From Lachnospiraceae bacterium (GTDB lineage Bacteria; Bacillota; Clostridia; Lachnospirales; Lachnospiraceae), in the NCBI GenBank assembly GCA_029062885.1, contig JAIDPH010000125.1, forward strand, positions 1,661 to 65,660: a stretch of 64,000 nt of DNA, given 5' to 3'. The translations under genes were made by a program, and so were the position numbers. How positions within the stretch are numbered: position 1 is the first letter of the stretch; each line of letters begins with the position of its first letter. The notes under the pieces are model-generated. The model saw only the letters and a list, made by a program, of their open reading frames with translations. It was not told where the DNA came from and searched no databases. Positions 29,595-38,978 of this stretch are shown here, piece after piece.

Positions 29595-31562
29595 ATGGCA
29601 AAGTATGAGGATTTTAAAAGCTACATACAGGTAAATTATGAGGATATGCTCACGAGAGAAGTTCTCGATTATGTTCAAGCCCATCATGACGGGCTTGGTT
29701 TTCATGCCCTGAATGTAGTGTCGCTTTCAGAGAAGAAAATAGATAATCTTTCTGTGAAGTCCCTTATGTGTCATGATGACATAGGGTACTTTATCAATAT
29801 TGATGTTAACCTGACTGCTGATGTTGTTACATTGGGGCTTGGAATGCAAAAGTATGAGGCCGATAGAAAAACACGGTGGTTTACAGTGTCGCTGCGCGCA
29901 CAGCTCCATAATGGTTTACATGATGTAACGGCTCTTAATACAGAGGAGTACCATTCGGGTCATTTTAATAAAGAGGGAGCGTTAGATGAATATTTGGTGC
30001 CTTATATTTACACAGAAAATCTCGAAGATATAGCAGAGGACTTTTATAGCTTTTATTGTGATGAGAATGTAGTACTTGATAGGTTTGTGCTACCATATCA
30101 ACACATTATGGAGCAGATGGGGGTTCAGTACTATTTTGGAGTATTACCGGATACTGAGTTTGGCAGGATGTATTTCAAGAAGGCCGATGTAGAAATATAT
30201 CAACGATCTCCATATCCGTTTCTAAAAAGTGAGCCAGTGCATAATACTATTTCTATTAGTCCTGGAACCATGATTCTCAATGAAAACACATATTTTATGC
30301 ACAAGTATGGTTCAGGTTTATTTACTATTGCGCATGAGTTAATCCATTGGGAACTACATCAGAAATTTTTTGAGATATTATCTTTGTTAAATGATGAGAC
30401 AGATAGGATGTCTTGTGAAGTGACACCTGGGCGTATGAACTCAACCATGACAGGGATACAAAAGGCAGTATGGTGGGCTGAATGGCAGGCAAACGCCTTA
30501 GCACCAAGAATTTTGATGCCAAGAAGCATATTTAATTATGTGTTAGAATCTATCATGAAACAGAATATTCTCAGGCCTCACGCTTTTAGATGCGAAGGAC
30601 AGATGCTTGAAGATGCTTTTGAACGAATGGCTGAGCTGTTTAATGTTTCTAATTTTTCAGTTAAAATGCGAGCTATTCAATTAGGGTACGATAAAGCAGA
30701 GGGAACATTTCCATATGTAGATGGCAACTATTTTATGCCCTTGTCATTTAAAAAAGGTACGCTAGGGAATAATCAAACCTTTTTTGTTGATAGGAAAAAT
30801 GCAACAGTTTTAATGAAAACAAACCCGATTATCTCAGAGCTAGTGGAACAGGGTAGTATAGTTTATACAGGTCATGTTTTCTGCATTAATGATACCAAAT
30901 ATATAGAACCATCTGATGTGGATGATCCTATTATTCCAGTACGGAGATATCAGCTGACTAGATATGCAAATGATCATGCCGATGAGTGTTGTCTTGTGTT
31001 TGAACGACGTTTTGATCATCAAGATTATTTGATGGATGATGACCTCTATCAGAGATGCTACCTTTGTCAGAATGTTTCGGCTGCATATTACAGGGAAGCA
31101 GATTTTGATGAGGATTATAGCTGTAATCAGAATACGATTGATAGAGCTAAAGAAGTAGAAAAATCAAAAAAATTTATGAAAGAAATACGCGATGTGAGAA
31201 AAGCCACAGCGGGAATGGAATTTCATGAATGCCTGAAGTATCACATTGAACGCAGAAAACTAACAGATGAGGAACTGGCATATCGTTCAAATATAAGCTC
31301 TCGGCAAATTGGTGATTATCATAGGAAGAGGACCAAGATTCCTTTGCAGTCTGTTCTTGCAATCTGCATAGGGTTAAATTTACGTAAGGAATATTGCTAT
31401 GATCTGATTGAAAAAGCCGGATATAAGTTGGGGATGTCAGATGAGCATGATGTATATAAAGATTTGATTGAATATCATACAGATGGGAATTTAAAAGAAT
31501 GGAATCAAATTTTAAAGGAATATGGCATAGAGCAGGTTTTGCCAAGTAATAGAAAGAAATAA
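29595..31562 (+). CDS. ImmA/IrrE-family metallopeptidase fused to a C-terminal XRE HTH
   Basis: FTIAHELIHW (HExxH); EWQANALAPRILMP; LTDEELAYRSNISSRQI...VLAICIGL. Confidence 0.85.
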   Translation: MAKYEDFKSYIQVNYEDMLTREVLDYVQAHHDGLGFHALNVVSLSEKKIDNLSVKSLMCHDDIGYFINIDVNLTADVVTLGLGMQKYEADRKTRWFTVSLRAQLHNGLHDVTALNTEEYHSGHFNKEGALDEYLVPYIYTENLEDIAEDFYSFYCDENVVLDRFVLPYQHIMEQMGVQYYFGVLPDTEFGRMYFKKADVEIYQRSPYPFLKSEPVHNTISISPGTMILNENTYFMHKYGSGLFTIAHELIHWELHQKFFEILSLLNDETDRMSCEVTPGRMNSTMTGIQKAVWWAEWQANALAPRILMPRSIFNYVLESIMKQNILRPHAFRCEGQMLEDAFERMAELFNVSNFSVKMRAIQLGYDKAEGTFPYVDGNYFMPLSFKKGTLGNNQTFFVDRKNATVLMKTNPIISELVEQGSIVYTGHVFCINDTKYIEPSDVDDPIIPVRRYQLTRYANDHADECCLVFERRFDHQDYLMDDDLYQRCYLCQNVSAAYYREADFDEDYSCNQNTIDRAKEVEKSKKFMKEIRDVRKATAGMEFHECLKYHIERRKLTDEELAYRSNISSRQIGDYHRKRTKIPLQSVLAICIGLNLRKEYCYDLIEKAGYKLGMSDEHDVYKDLIEYHTDGNLKEWNQILKEYGIEQVLPSNRKK

Positions 31563-31737
31563 AAAGCAGAAGGTGATATGATGTTTAGACGAATACCAGA
31601 CATCATACATAGAACGAGTGACGCTTACTTTTTTCATGGGAACAATGTCTGCTTTTTTGACTTTTCTTAAATTATGGTATGGCATATCAGGTTTCATTGT
31701 GGGAGCATTGGAATAAAATAAAAATTTTTCAGTTTTT

Positions 31738-31754
31738 CGGAAGTTTGACTTCCG
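31738..31754. promoter_or_regulatory. Palindromic operator-like site
   Basis: cggaagt-ttg-acttccg between the ImmA-HTH gene and the prophage early region. Confidence 0.45.
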
Positions 31755-31771
31755 GATTTAAACAAAAATAA

Positions 31772-31821
31772 AGGATTTCACAGAACTAAGTACAGACTTA
31801 GGACTGTGAAATCTTTTTTTT
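31772..31821 (+). terminator. Long-stem terminator-like hairpin
   Basis: aggatttcacag..ctaagt/acttag..ctgtgaaatctt followed by a T run. Confidence 0.6.
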
Positions 31822-31919
31822 ATGCGCTTTTTTGGCAGAAGTGCGGGTTCCTGTTATAGATGAGTTTCGTGAATTATTATAGATCTATAAGTTGTCTAAC
31901 TATTAAAAATAAATCACAG

Positions 31920-32113
31920 GCCTGAAGTTAGCGCTATAAGGGCATGGGATTACACATTGGCAGTCTCTCATATATTAGGGGCAGCCATTTGGAGTAAACC
32001 TTACCTTATTGTGCCCACTTTCTGGCATTATAGTCGGTTCACTCCAAGTGTTCCGGTTTTTTTAATTCCCATGCCCATTCTGCGGAGTTCAGGCAGAAAG
32101 GCAAGGGAATTTT
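31920..32113 (+). ncRNA. Putative structured 5' leader RNA of the sigma-like gene
   Basis: Nested pairings gcctgaa/ttcaggc, gggcatggga/tcccatgccc, ttggagtaaacc/ggttcactccaa; alternative hairpin over the RBS. Confidence 0.5.
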
Positions 32114-32650
32114 ATGAGATTCTATAAGACCAATTCTAACTATCGTACCACATACACTTATAAGTCTGCTACAGGCGAAAAGATCACTTTTGCACCCGGA
32201 GATGCAGATGGGGAGGTCACGGCTGAGCTGATTAAATTTTTACACTCGTTGGATGATTCCGAGATCTATAATAATCGGAAAAACTGCAGGCCGCCTCTTT
32301 CCAATGAAGAAAAGATCATGATTCGTGAGTGGAAAGAGGCACATCCCGGAGAGGAGGTTCCGAAGAACTGGACAATGTCGCTTGATGCATTTTCCGAAGA
32401 TACGGATTCCGACATGGAGCGCAGCGGTCTTATGCGGGAAGTTTATGATAGGTCACACGCAGAGAACCCTGCGGCAGCCCGTCTGGGGGAGGTCATCGAT
32501 GAGATGCCCTGCAAACAGCGTCAGGTTTTTGTCTTGGTCGAACTCGACGGATATTCCATGACTGAGGCGGCGGACAAGCTGGGCTGTTCTATTGCAAATG
32601 TGTCAAAACTCATAGTAAGGGCAAAATCCTTCATTCGAGAAAATTATTAA
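32114..32650 (+). CDS. Sigma-70 region 4 domain (ECF-like) phage transcription factor
   Basis: IDEMPCKQRQVFVLVELDGYSMTEAADKLGCSIANVSKLIVRA. Confidence 0.8.
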   Translation: MRFYKTNSNYRTTYTYKSATGEKITFAPGDADGEVTAELIKFLHSLDDSEIYNNRKNCRPPLSNEEKIMIREWKEAHPGEEVPKNWTMSLDAFSEDTDSDMERSGLMREVYDRSHAENPAAARLGEVIDEMPCKQRQVFVLVELDGYSMTEAADKLGCSIANVSKLIVRAKSFIRENY

Positions 32651-32779
32651 ACCATTGGGGCTGGGTTAAAGATCCGGTCCTGTTCCATTTTATCAAAAAT
32701 TAGATGTTCATAAGGTAGCAGCTTGTTCTTCCTGTTGGATGATAAATTGCATGTCAATTAAATAAAAAATTTTAAATTG

Positions 32780-32847
32780 GGTTAAAATTCCGTTCATTTT
32801 CTTTGCCTGTACCTCAGAAGGGAATGATTCCTTTCGGAAAGTGAGGT
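32780..32847 (+). promoter_or_regulatory. Repeated phage promoter/leader motif, copy 1
   Basis: GGTTAAA-N10-TTTTCTTTGCCTGTACCT, short hairpin, CGGAAAG, RBS; matches 38424-38488. Confidence 0.65.
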
Positions 32848-32853
32848 GCCTTT

Positions 32854-33051
32854 ATGAAGCATAAGGTAACAATCAATGTTGCTGATGCGGATGGACGTAG
32901 GAGCACAGTGCTTAAGGGTGCAGGGAAAAAGCTACCGACACGGATTCTCCGATTTTTATTCGGGGATTTCACGCAGGTCTATCTCTTATCCCCTGGACAG
33001 ACGGTCCAGTCCGTTGATATCAGCGAGATCAGGGAAGGAGGCAAATTATGA
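32854..33051 (+). CDS. Phage hypothetical protein
   Basis: GAGGTG RBS; first gene of the replication operon. Confidence 0.7.
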   Translation: MKHKVTINVADADGRRSTVLKGAGKKLPTRILRFLFGDFTQVYLLSPGQTVQSVDISEIREGGKL

Positions 33052-33419
33052 CAAAAGAAGATGTAACAAAACTGGTGCAGACAATGACCGGTATAGCAGA
33101 CAGCATGGAAGCACTTGCAGAGTGTATCCGCGATTGTAGCGCATCGCTAATGGAGAATGCCGGAGCCGTGCGCACCGACCCGCCAAGGAAAGCGCCCAAG
33201 GAGAAGCCGACAAAGGAAGATGCTGTTCCAGCAGAGGAACCTGAAAAGGAGTGGTCGCTTGAAGAGGTCAGGATGATCCTGGCAGACAAATCCAGGGCAG
33301 GGCATACGGAAGAGGTCAAGACTTTGATCTCTAAGTACGGCGCGGAGCGGCTCTCCGACATCAAGCCTGCGGACTTCGCGGCACTTATGGCGGAGGCGGA
33401 GGTGATCGGGAATGGCTAA
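33048..33419 (+). CDS. Phage hypothetical protein of the DUF2800/DUF2815 module
   Basis: SLEEVRMILADKSRAGHTEEVK.LI.KYGA..LSDI motif; overlapping start/stop codons. Confidence 0.7.
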   Translation: MTKEDVTKLVQTMTGIADSMEALAECIRDCSASLMENAGAVRTDPPRKAPKEKPTKEDAVPAEEPEKEWSLEEVRMILADKSRAGHTEEVKTLISKYGAERLSDIKPADFAALMAEAEVIGNG

Positions 33420-34554
33420 ACATTCAAACCTTTCCCCTTCATCTTCCAAGATGTGGATTGCCTGTCCGCCGTCTGCGCAGCTAAATGCCAAAATACCGGA
33501 TAAAGGGAGTGAGTATGCCGCACAGGGGACGGATGCCCATGCTTTATGCGAGGCAAAGCTGAAAAATGCTCTGGGTGTCGAGGCAGAGGAGCCACAGGCG
33601 GCTCTTGCTTATCTCGATACGGAAATGGAAGAATGCTCGGATGCTTATGTGCAGTTCGTCATGGAAAAAGTGGCGGTGGCAAAGAACCCTATCGTGATGG
33701 TGGAGCAGCACCTTGATTTTTCGGCGTTCGTACCGGATGGATTCGGCACGGGGGACTGTGTCATAGTGTCCGAGGGAAATTTGCACATTATAGATTTTAA
33801 GTACGGCACGGGAGTAGCAGTATCCGCAGGAAGTGATGAAGAGGGTGTTAATCCGCAGCTTGCCTGCTATGCGCTTGGAGCATTATCTGCCTTTGACGGC
33901 ATATATGACATCGAGAGCGTTTCAATGAGTATTTTCCAGCCGAGGCGTGAGGTCACAGAAACATACACCGTCACAAAGGATGGCCTGCTTAAATGGGCAG
34001 AGGAGGTACTGTGTCCTGCTGCGAAGCTGGCGTCTGAAGGAGGCGGTGAGTTCAAAGCTGGTGACCACTGTCGGTTCTGTAAGGCAAAACAGACCTGCAG
34101 GAAACGCGCTGAATACAACCTCGAACTTGCCAGGTATGACTTTGAGAAGCCGGATACACTGGAGGATGCAGAGATTGAGGCAATCCTAGCACGGGCGGAT
34201 GAGTTCATCTCGTGGGCAAACGATGTAAAGGATTACGCTTTTAATGCCGCTGTGTCAGGCAAGGAATGGGAAGGATGGAAACTCGTGGAAGGTCGCTCAA
34301 ACCGTAAGTATATAAGTGAAGATGCTGTTGCAGACACGGTAAATAAGGCAGGTTTTGACCCATATGAACATAAGGTTCTAGGAATCACTGCAATGACCAA
34401 ACTGCTCGGCAAGACAAAGTTCGATGAACTCCTTGGCTCTCTGATAGAGAAGCCTGCGGGCAAGCCAACATTGGTACCTATGTCGGACAGACGTCCGGCG
34501 TTGAAAAACTCAGCACAATATGATTTTAGTAAGGAGGAGAAAGATTATGATTAA
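33412..34554 (+). CDS. DUF2800 PD-(D/E)XK (Cas4-like) phage nuclease
   Basis: HSNLSPSSS.W..CP; GFGTGDC; IIDFKYG; QL..YA; CRFCK...C. Confidence 0.85.
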   Translation: MAKHSNLSPSSSKMWIACPPSAQLNAKIPDKGSEYAAQGTDAHALCEAKLKNALGVEAEEPQAALAYLDTEMEECSDAYVQFVMEKVAVAKNPIVMVEQHLDFSAFVPDGFGTGDCVIVSEGNLHIIDFKYGTGVAVSAGSDEEGVNPQLACYALGALSAFDGIYDIESVSMSIFQPRREVTETYTVTKDGLLKWAEEVLCPAAKLASEGGGEFKAGDHCRFCKAKQTCRKRAEYNLELARYDFEKPDTLEDAEIEAILARADEFISWANDVKDYAFNAAVSGKEWEGWKLVEGRSNRKYISEDAVADTVNKAGFDPYEHKVLGITAMTKLLGKTKFDELLGSLIEKPAGKPTLVPMSDRRPALKNSAQYDFSKEEKDYD

Positions 34555-35104
34555 GAGTAAGTATGTGGCAACAAAGGTAAAAACGGGACTGACCAGATGG
34601 TCATACTGTAACGTGTGGGAACCAAAATCGGTAAATGACGGAAAACCCAAGTATTCCGTCAGCGTCATTATTCCGAAATCCGATACCAAGACTATCGAGT
34701 CTATCGAGAAGGCTATTCAGGCAGCCTATGAAGAGGGAGAAGCAAAGCTGAAGGGCAACGGTAAGTCTGTTCCTTCCCTTTCAGTTCTTAAGACTCCATT
34801 GAGAGACGGTGATCTGGAGCGCCCGGATGATGAGGCCTACCGTGACAGTTACTTTGTTAACGCTAATTCAACAACAGCACCCGGTATCGTGGATGCAGAC
34901 TTACAGCCCATCTTCGATCACAGTGAAGTGTATTCCGGTGTTTACGGCAGAGTATCCATGAACTTCTATGCTTACAATACTGGCTCCGCCAAGGGTATCG
35001 CCTGTGGGCTTAACAACTTGCAGAAGTTAAAGGATGGCGAGCCTCTCGGCGGCAAGAGCAGGGCGGAGGATGATTTTGCAGATGATGATAACTTCCTTGC
35101 GTAA
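34547..35104 (+). CDS. DUF2815 single-stranded DNA-binding protein
   Basis: RWSY.NVWEPK; PLRDGD; YSGVYGR; GIACGLNNLQK; acidic C-terminus. Confidence 0.85.
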   Translation: MIKSKYVATKVKTGLTRWSYCNVWEPKSVNDGKPKYSVSVIIPKSDTKTIESIEKAIQAAYEEGEAKLKGNGKSVPSLSVLKTPLRDGDLERPDDEAYRDSYFVNANSTTAPGIVDADLQPIFDHSEVYSGVYGRVSMNFYAYNTGSAKGIACGLNNLQKLKDGEPLGGKSRAEDDFADDDNFLA

Positions 35105-35179
35105 GCAAGGCAGATAGATTCGTAAAGTAGAGTGGCGGAGGGATTTTCTCTCCGCCCTTTGCATACTGGGAGGTGTGAA

Positions 35180-37141
35180 ATGACTATATCGATCGATTTG
35201 GAAACCTATTCTGATGTGGATATCAAGACGAGCGGGGTATACAAATATGTGGAATCACCCAACTTTGAGATACTTCTCTTTGGTTATTCAGTTGATGGTG
35301 GCGAGGTGGCAGTCCTTGACCTTAAATGTGGGGATGAGATTCCAGATGATATACTGAATGCCATCGTTTCTGATGAGGTGATAAAATGGGCGTATAATGC
35401 CTCTTTCGAGAGGCTATGCCTGTCCGTGTATCTAAAACGCAGCTATCCTTCAATATACGCTAACCTATCGGAATCTTATCTATCGCCGGAATCGTGGCGG
35501 TGTTCTATGGTGTGGGCTGCCTATATGGGTCTGCCGCTTTCTCTGGAGTTGGTGGGAAAGGTGCTGAATCTGTCAGAACAGAAGCTAGACGAGGGCAAGG
35601 CGCTCATCAGATACTTTTCCGTACCCTGCGCTTCAACAAAGGCAAACGGTCAGAGGACAAGGAATTTGCCGGAACATGCGCCTGATAAGTGGGAGAGATT
35701 CAAATCATACAATAAGCGGGATGTGGAAACGGAGATGGCGGTACAGGCAAAACTGCGTAACTTCCCCGTGCCGGATCATGTGTGGGACGAATACCATCTT
35801 GACCAGGAGATCAACGACCGGGGTATCCTGCTTGACATGGATGTGGTGGAGTATGCAATCCGCATAGATGAACAGTCGCGGGAGGAACTGATGCAGAGGA
35901 TGAAGGATATCACGGGATTGGAAAATCCAAACAGCGTGATGCAGATGAAGGAGTGGCTTGCACAGAACGGAATGGAGACCGACAGCCTTGATAAAAAGGC
36001 TGTAGCCTCTCTTTTGCAGATGGCGCCACCAAAGTTAAAGGAAGTGTTGGAGATCCGACAACAGCTTGCTAAGTCTTCTGTCAAGAAGTACGCGGCAATG
36101 CAGAATCTCTGCTGCAGGGATGGCAGGGCGCATGGCTGCTTTCAGTTTTATGGTGCGAACCGATCCGGTAGATGGGCAGGGCGGCATATACAGTTACAGA
36201 ACCTTCCCCAGAACCATATGCCGGATCTGGAGCAGGCGAGAGAATTAGTGAAACAGTGTAATTATGATGCATTAAGGATGCTCTATGACAATGTACCTGC
36301 AGTGCTTTCGGAGCTGATTCGCACGGCCTTTGTGCCAATGCCCGGATGCAAATTCATTGTGTCGGACTTTTCGGCGATAGAGGCACGGGTGCTTTCGTTC
36401 ATTGCTGGGGAGGAGTGGCGCATGGAGGTGTTTGCCAATAATGGAGATATTTATTGTGCTTCCGCAAGTGAGATGTTTGGGATATCTGTTGAAAAGCATG
36501 GGCAAAACGCGCATCTTAGGCAGAAGGGCAAGATTGCAGAGTTAGCATTAGGCTATGGAGGCTCCATAGGCGCTCTTAAGTCAATGGGCGCACTGGAACA
36601 GGGACTTAAGGAAGATGAGCTGCAACCACTCGTAGATGCATGGCGCTCATCAAATCCTAACATAGTGGATTTCTGGTGGGCGGTAGATAGAGCAGTAAAG
36701 GAAGCGGTTATAAGAAAGACGGATACACAGACACACGGGATCATGTTTTCTTGTAAGAGCGGGATGCTATTCCTCCGGCTGCCAAGCGGACGTAAACTTG
36801 CTTATGCCAAGCCACATATGGGAATTAATCAGTTCGGCTCGGAGGCGGTCTTATATTATGGGGTAGATGGGCAGAAAAAATGGTCTGAAATTGAGAGCTA
36901 CGGTCCAAAATTTGTTGAGAACATCGTGCAGGCGATCAGCCGGGACATCTTATGCCATGCCATGAAAACACTGAGAAACTGCAGGATAGTGGCGCATGTG
37001 CATGACGAGATCATCATCGAGTGCGGCAAAGATGTGAGTCTTGATGCGGTCTGCGAACAGATGGGGCGCACCCCGCCGTGGATCAGAGGACTGCTCCTTC
37101 GGGCAGATGGATATGAATGCAGTTTTTATAAAAAAGATTAA
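35180..37141 (+). CDS. Phage family A DNA polymerase
   Basis: Exo IDLETY; SGRWAG..QLQNLP; motif A DFSAIEAR; motif B RQKGKIAELALGYGG; motif C HVHDE. Confidence 0.95.
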   Translation: MTISIDLETYSDVDIKTSGVYKYVESPNFEILLFGYSVDGGEVAVLDLKCGDEIPDDILNAIVSDEVIKWAYNASFERLCLSVYLKRSYPSIYANLSESYLSPESWRCSMVWAAYMGLPLSLELVGKVLNLSEQKLDEGKALIRYFSVPCASTKANGQRTRNLPEHAPDKWERFKSYNKRDVETEMAVQAKLRNFPVPDHVWDEYHLDQEINDRGILLDMDVVEYAIRIDEQSREELMQRMKDITGLENPNSVMQMKEWLAQNGMETDSLDKKAVASLLQMAPPKLKEVLEIRQQLAKSSVKKYAAMQNLCCRDGRAHGCFQFYGANRSGRWAGRHIQLQNLPQNHMPDLEQARELVKQCNYDALRMLYDNVPAVLSELIRTAFVPMPGCKFIVSDFSAIEARVLSFIAGEEWRMEVFANNGDIYCASASEMFGISVEKHGQNAHLRQKGKIAELALGYGGSIGALKSMGALEQGLKEDELQPLVDAWRSSNPNIVDFWWAVDRAVKEAVIRKTDTQTHGIMFSCKSGMLFLRLPSGRKLAYAKPHMGINQFGSEAVLYYGVDGQKKWSEIESYGPKFVENIVQAISRDILCHAMKTLRNCRIVAHVHDEIIIECGKDVSLDAVCEQMGRTPPWIRGLLLRADGYECSFYKKD

Positions 37142-37337
37142 ATAAGCTGGGGATATGCTCCCCGGATGTCTTTCACAAATCAGAAAAGGGTGTCATCTTC
37201 AAAATGCTCTATGATGTCTTCTGCCTTGAAATGCAGGATATTGATTTTTTGATTTTGGGATTTGTAGTCCGCTTTTTTGGACTTATATTTTGGTAAGATT
37301 ATATCATCGAAGAAAAAAACAATGAGAGGTATAGACT

Positions 37338-37577
37338 ATGGCAATGTATGATTGGAATGGCAATGGCAATAAAAATGATATGGCTGACAACTTTATCGAG
37401 TACCAGATTTATAAGAATTGTACTGACAATAACAGTACACCGAGAATCTCAAGTAATTCGTTGGCAGGTAGTTTTTGGATAGTATTTATAATTGCTGTAA
37501 TAGTCGGTGCATTTAATGAAATACTTGGTGTGTTGATTCTGTTGGGTTATGGATGGCTTAAATTAATGGGTATGTAA
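37338..37577 (+). CDS. Small membrane protein (moron)
   Basis: GAGAGG RBS; DWNGNG Ca-binding-like loop; two hydrophobic C-terminal segments; AT-rich. Confidence 0.6.
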   Translation: MAMYDWNGNGNKNDMADNFIEYQIYKNCTDNNSTPRISSNSLAGSFWIVFIIAVIVGAFNEILGVLILLGYGWLKLMGM

Positions 37578-37654
37578 TGCCTGTGGAATATACGAGAAAC
37601 TTTAATTTTATAAAGAAATTTGTAGTGATTTTCGGAACACAAAAAGAGGAGGAC

Positions 37655-38326
37655 ATGAGTATGAACTACATAATTGTTGATTTTGAGATGAATCCGATGG
37701 CATGTGAGTATAAAGAGGAAAGACTGACTTGCCGTTTTGAGATTATTGAAATTGGTGCAGTTATTATGGATGAGAGCTTCATGGTGATTGGAGAATTCAA
37801 AACTTTGGTAAAGCCACAGTACAATGATTCTATCTACAAGAGATATGAGACACTGACCGGCATCAGTACGCAGATGGTTTATGGTGCACCGATATTTGCT
37901 ACAGCTTATGAGATGTTTGCAGATTGGTGCGAATCCTACGGAAGTGAATTTGAAGTTTATGCTTGGAGTGAGAATGATTATAATCAGCTTGTTACCGAGA
38001 TGGAACTCAAGAATTATTCGTGTAAGGACAAGATGAAGTTGCTTGCGAATTGGTTCGACTTCCAAAAGGAATACAAGGAGAAGTTAGGGCTTGAGCGAAT
38101 TATGTCTCTTGAAAAAGCATTGTATTATGCAGGAATCGATTTTGAAGGTCATATGCATGACGCATTATGTGATGCAAAGAATACAGCAAAATTATTTGCG
38201 ATCGTCCGTAATGAAGAAAGATGCAATGTAGTATTAGGAACTGTGATGGATGCGCTGAGACCTAAGAATGTGAGTACGCTTGGCGAAATGATTGATTTTG
38301 GATCATTAATGGAGCAGTTAGCGTAA
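37655..38326 (+). CDS. DEDDh 3'-5' exonuclease (KapD/ERI1-like)
   Basis: IVDFEM; EIIEIGAV; LTGIS; WSEND; HDALCDAKNTA. Confidence 0.85.
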   Translation: MSMNYIIVDFEMNPMACEYKEERLTCRFEIIEIGAVIMDESFMVIGEFKTLVKPQYNDSIYKRYETLTGISTQMVYGAPIFATAYEMFADWCESYGSEFEVYAWSENDYNQLVTEMELKNYSCKDKMKLLANWFDFQKEYKEKLGLERIMSLEKALYYAGIDFEGHMHDALCDAKNTAKLFAIVRNEERCNVVLGTVMDALRPKNVSTLGEMIDFGSLMEQLA

Positions 38327-38423
38327 GGTAGTTGCATTCCAATCCATCCTACCAATAACATAAATGTGAGGGATTAAATAAAATATAACAGAAATGCGAT
38401 ATTTATAAAGATTTTTAATAAGA

Positions 38424-38488
38424 GGTTAAATTTCACTGGTTTTTCTTTGCCTGTACCTTGAGGGATATGTGTATCCCCGGAAAGGAGG
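38424..38488 (+). promoter_or_regulatory. Repeated phage promoter/leader motif, copy 2
   Basis: GGTTAAA-N10-TTTTCTTTGCCTGTACCT, GGGATA/TATCCC hairpin, CGGAAAGGAGG. Confidence 0.65.
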
Positions 38489-38645
38489 CACTATGGAGAA
38501 GCTGGTGGCACATACGAGGAAACTCTATCCGTTTATCAAGCAATACTGCTCCGGGAGTGGTCGGGCTATGCGTAGGCAGAATTCGAGTTTCCTCGTTTTG
38601 TATTTTAAGGTGCAAATCACAGATTATGTTGGAGGGTAATAACGA

Positions 38646-38978
38646 ATGGAAAAAGTAAAGAATTACAGGCCTTTGGTCTACATCTGTTCTCCCTATGCAG
38701 GAGACATTCAAAAGAATACTGAGAACGCAAGGAAGTACAGCAGGTTTGCCGTAAACAGGAATGGCATACCCATCGCACCGCATCTTCTGTTCCCACAGTT
38801 CATGGACGAGGAGACGGAGAGGGAAAATGCCCTGTTCATGGGACTCGTCCTTTTAGGGAAGTGTGACGAGGTTTGGGTATTCGGCGATACCATCTCAAGC
38901 GGGATGCGGCAGGAGATAGCAAAGGCAGAGACGTTCAAAAAGAAGGTGCGGTATTTTTCGGAGGGGGTGGTCTCATGA
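38646..38978 (+). CDS. DUF4406-like (nucleoside deoxyribosyltransferase-fold) phage protein
   Basis: VYICSPYAGD...PIAPHLLFPQF...CDEVWVFG..ISSGM..EI. Confidence 0.75.
   Translation: MEKVKNYRPLVYICSPYAGDIQKNTENARKYSRFAVNRNGIPIAPHLLFPQFMDEETERENALFMGLVLLGKCDEVWVFGDTISSGMRQEIAKAETFKKKVRYFSEGVVS

Noticed and set aside
33412-34554. Cas4-like nuclease suggesting a CRISPR locus
   Set aside because: Sits in the standard DUF2800-DUF2815-PolA phage module; no repeat-spacer array or other cas genes seen in the window
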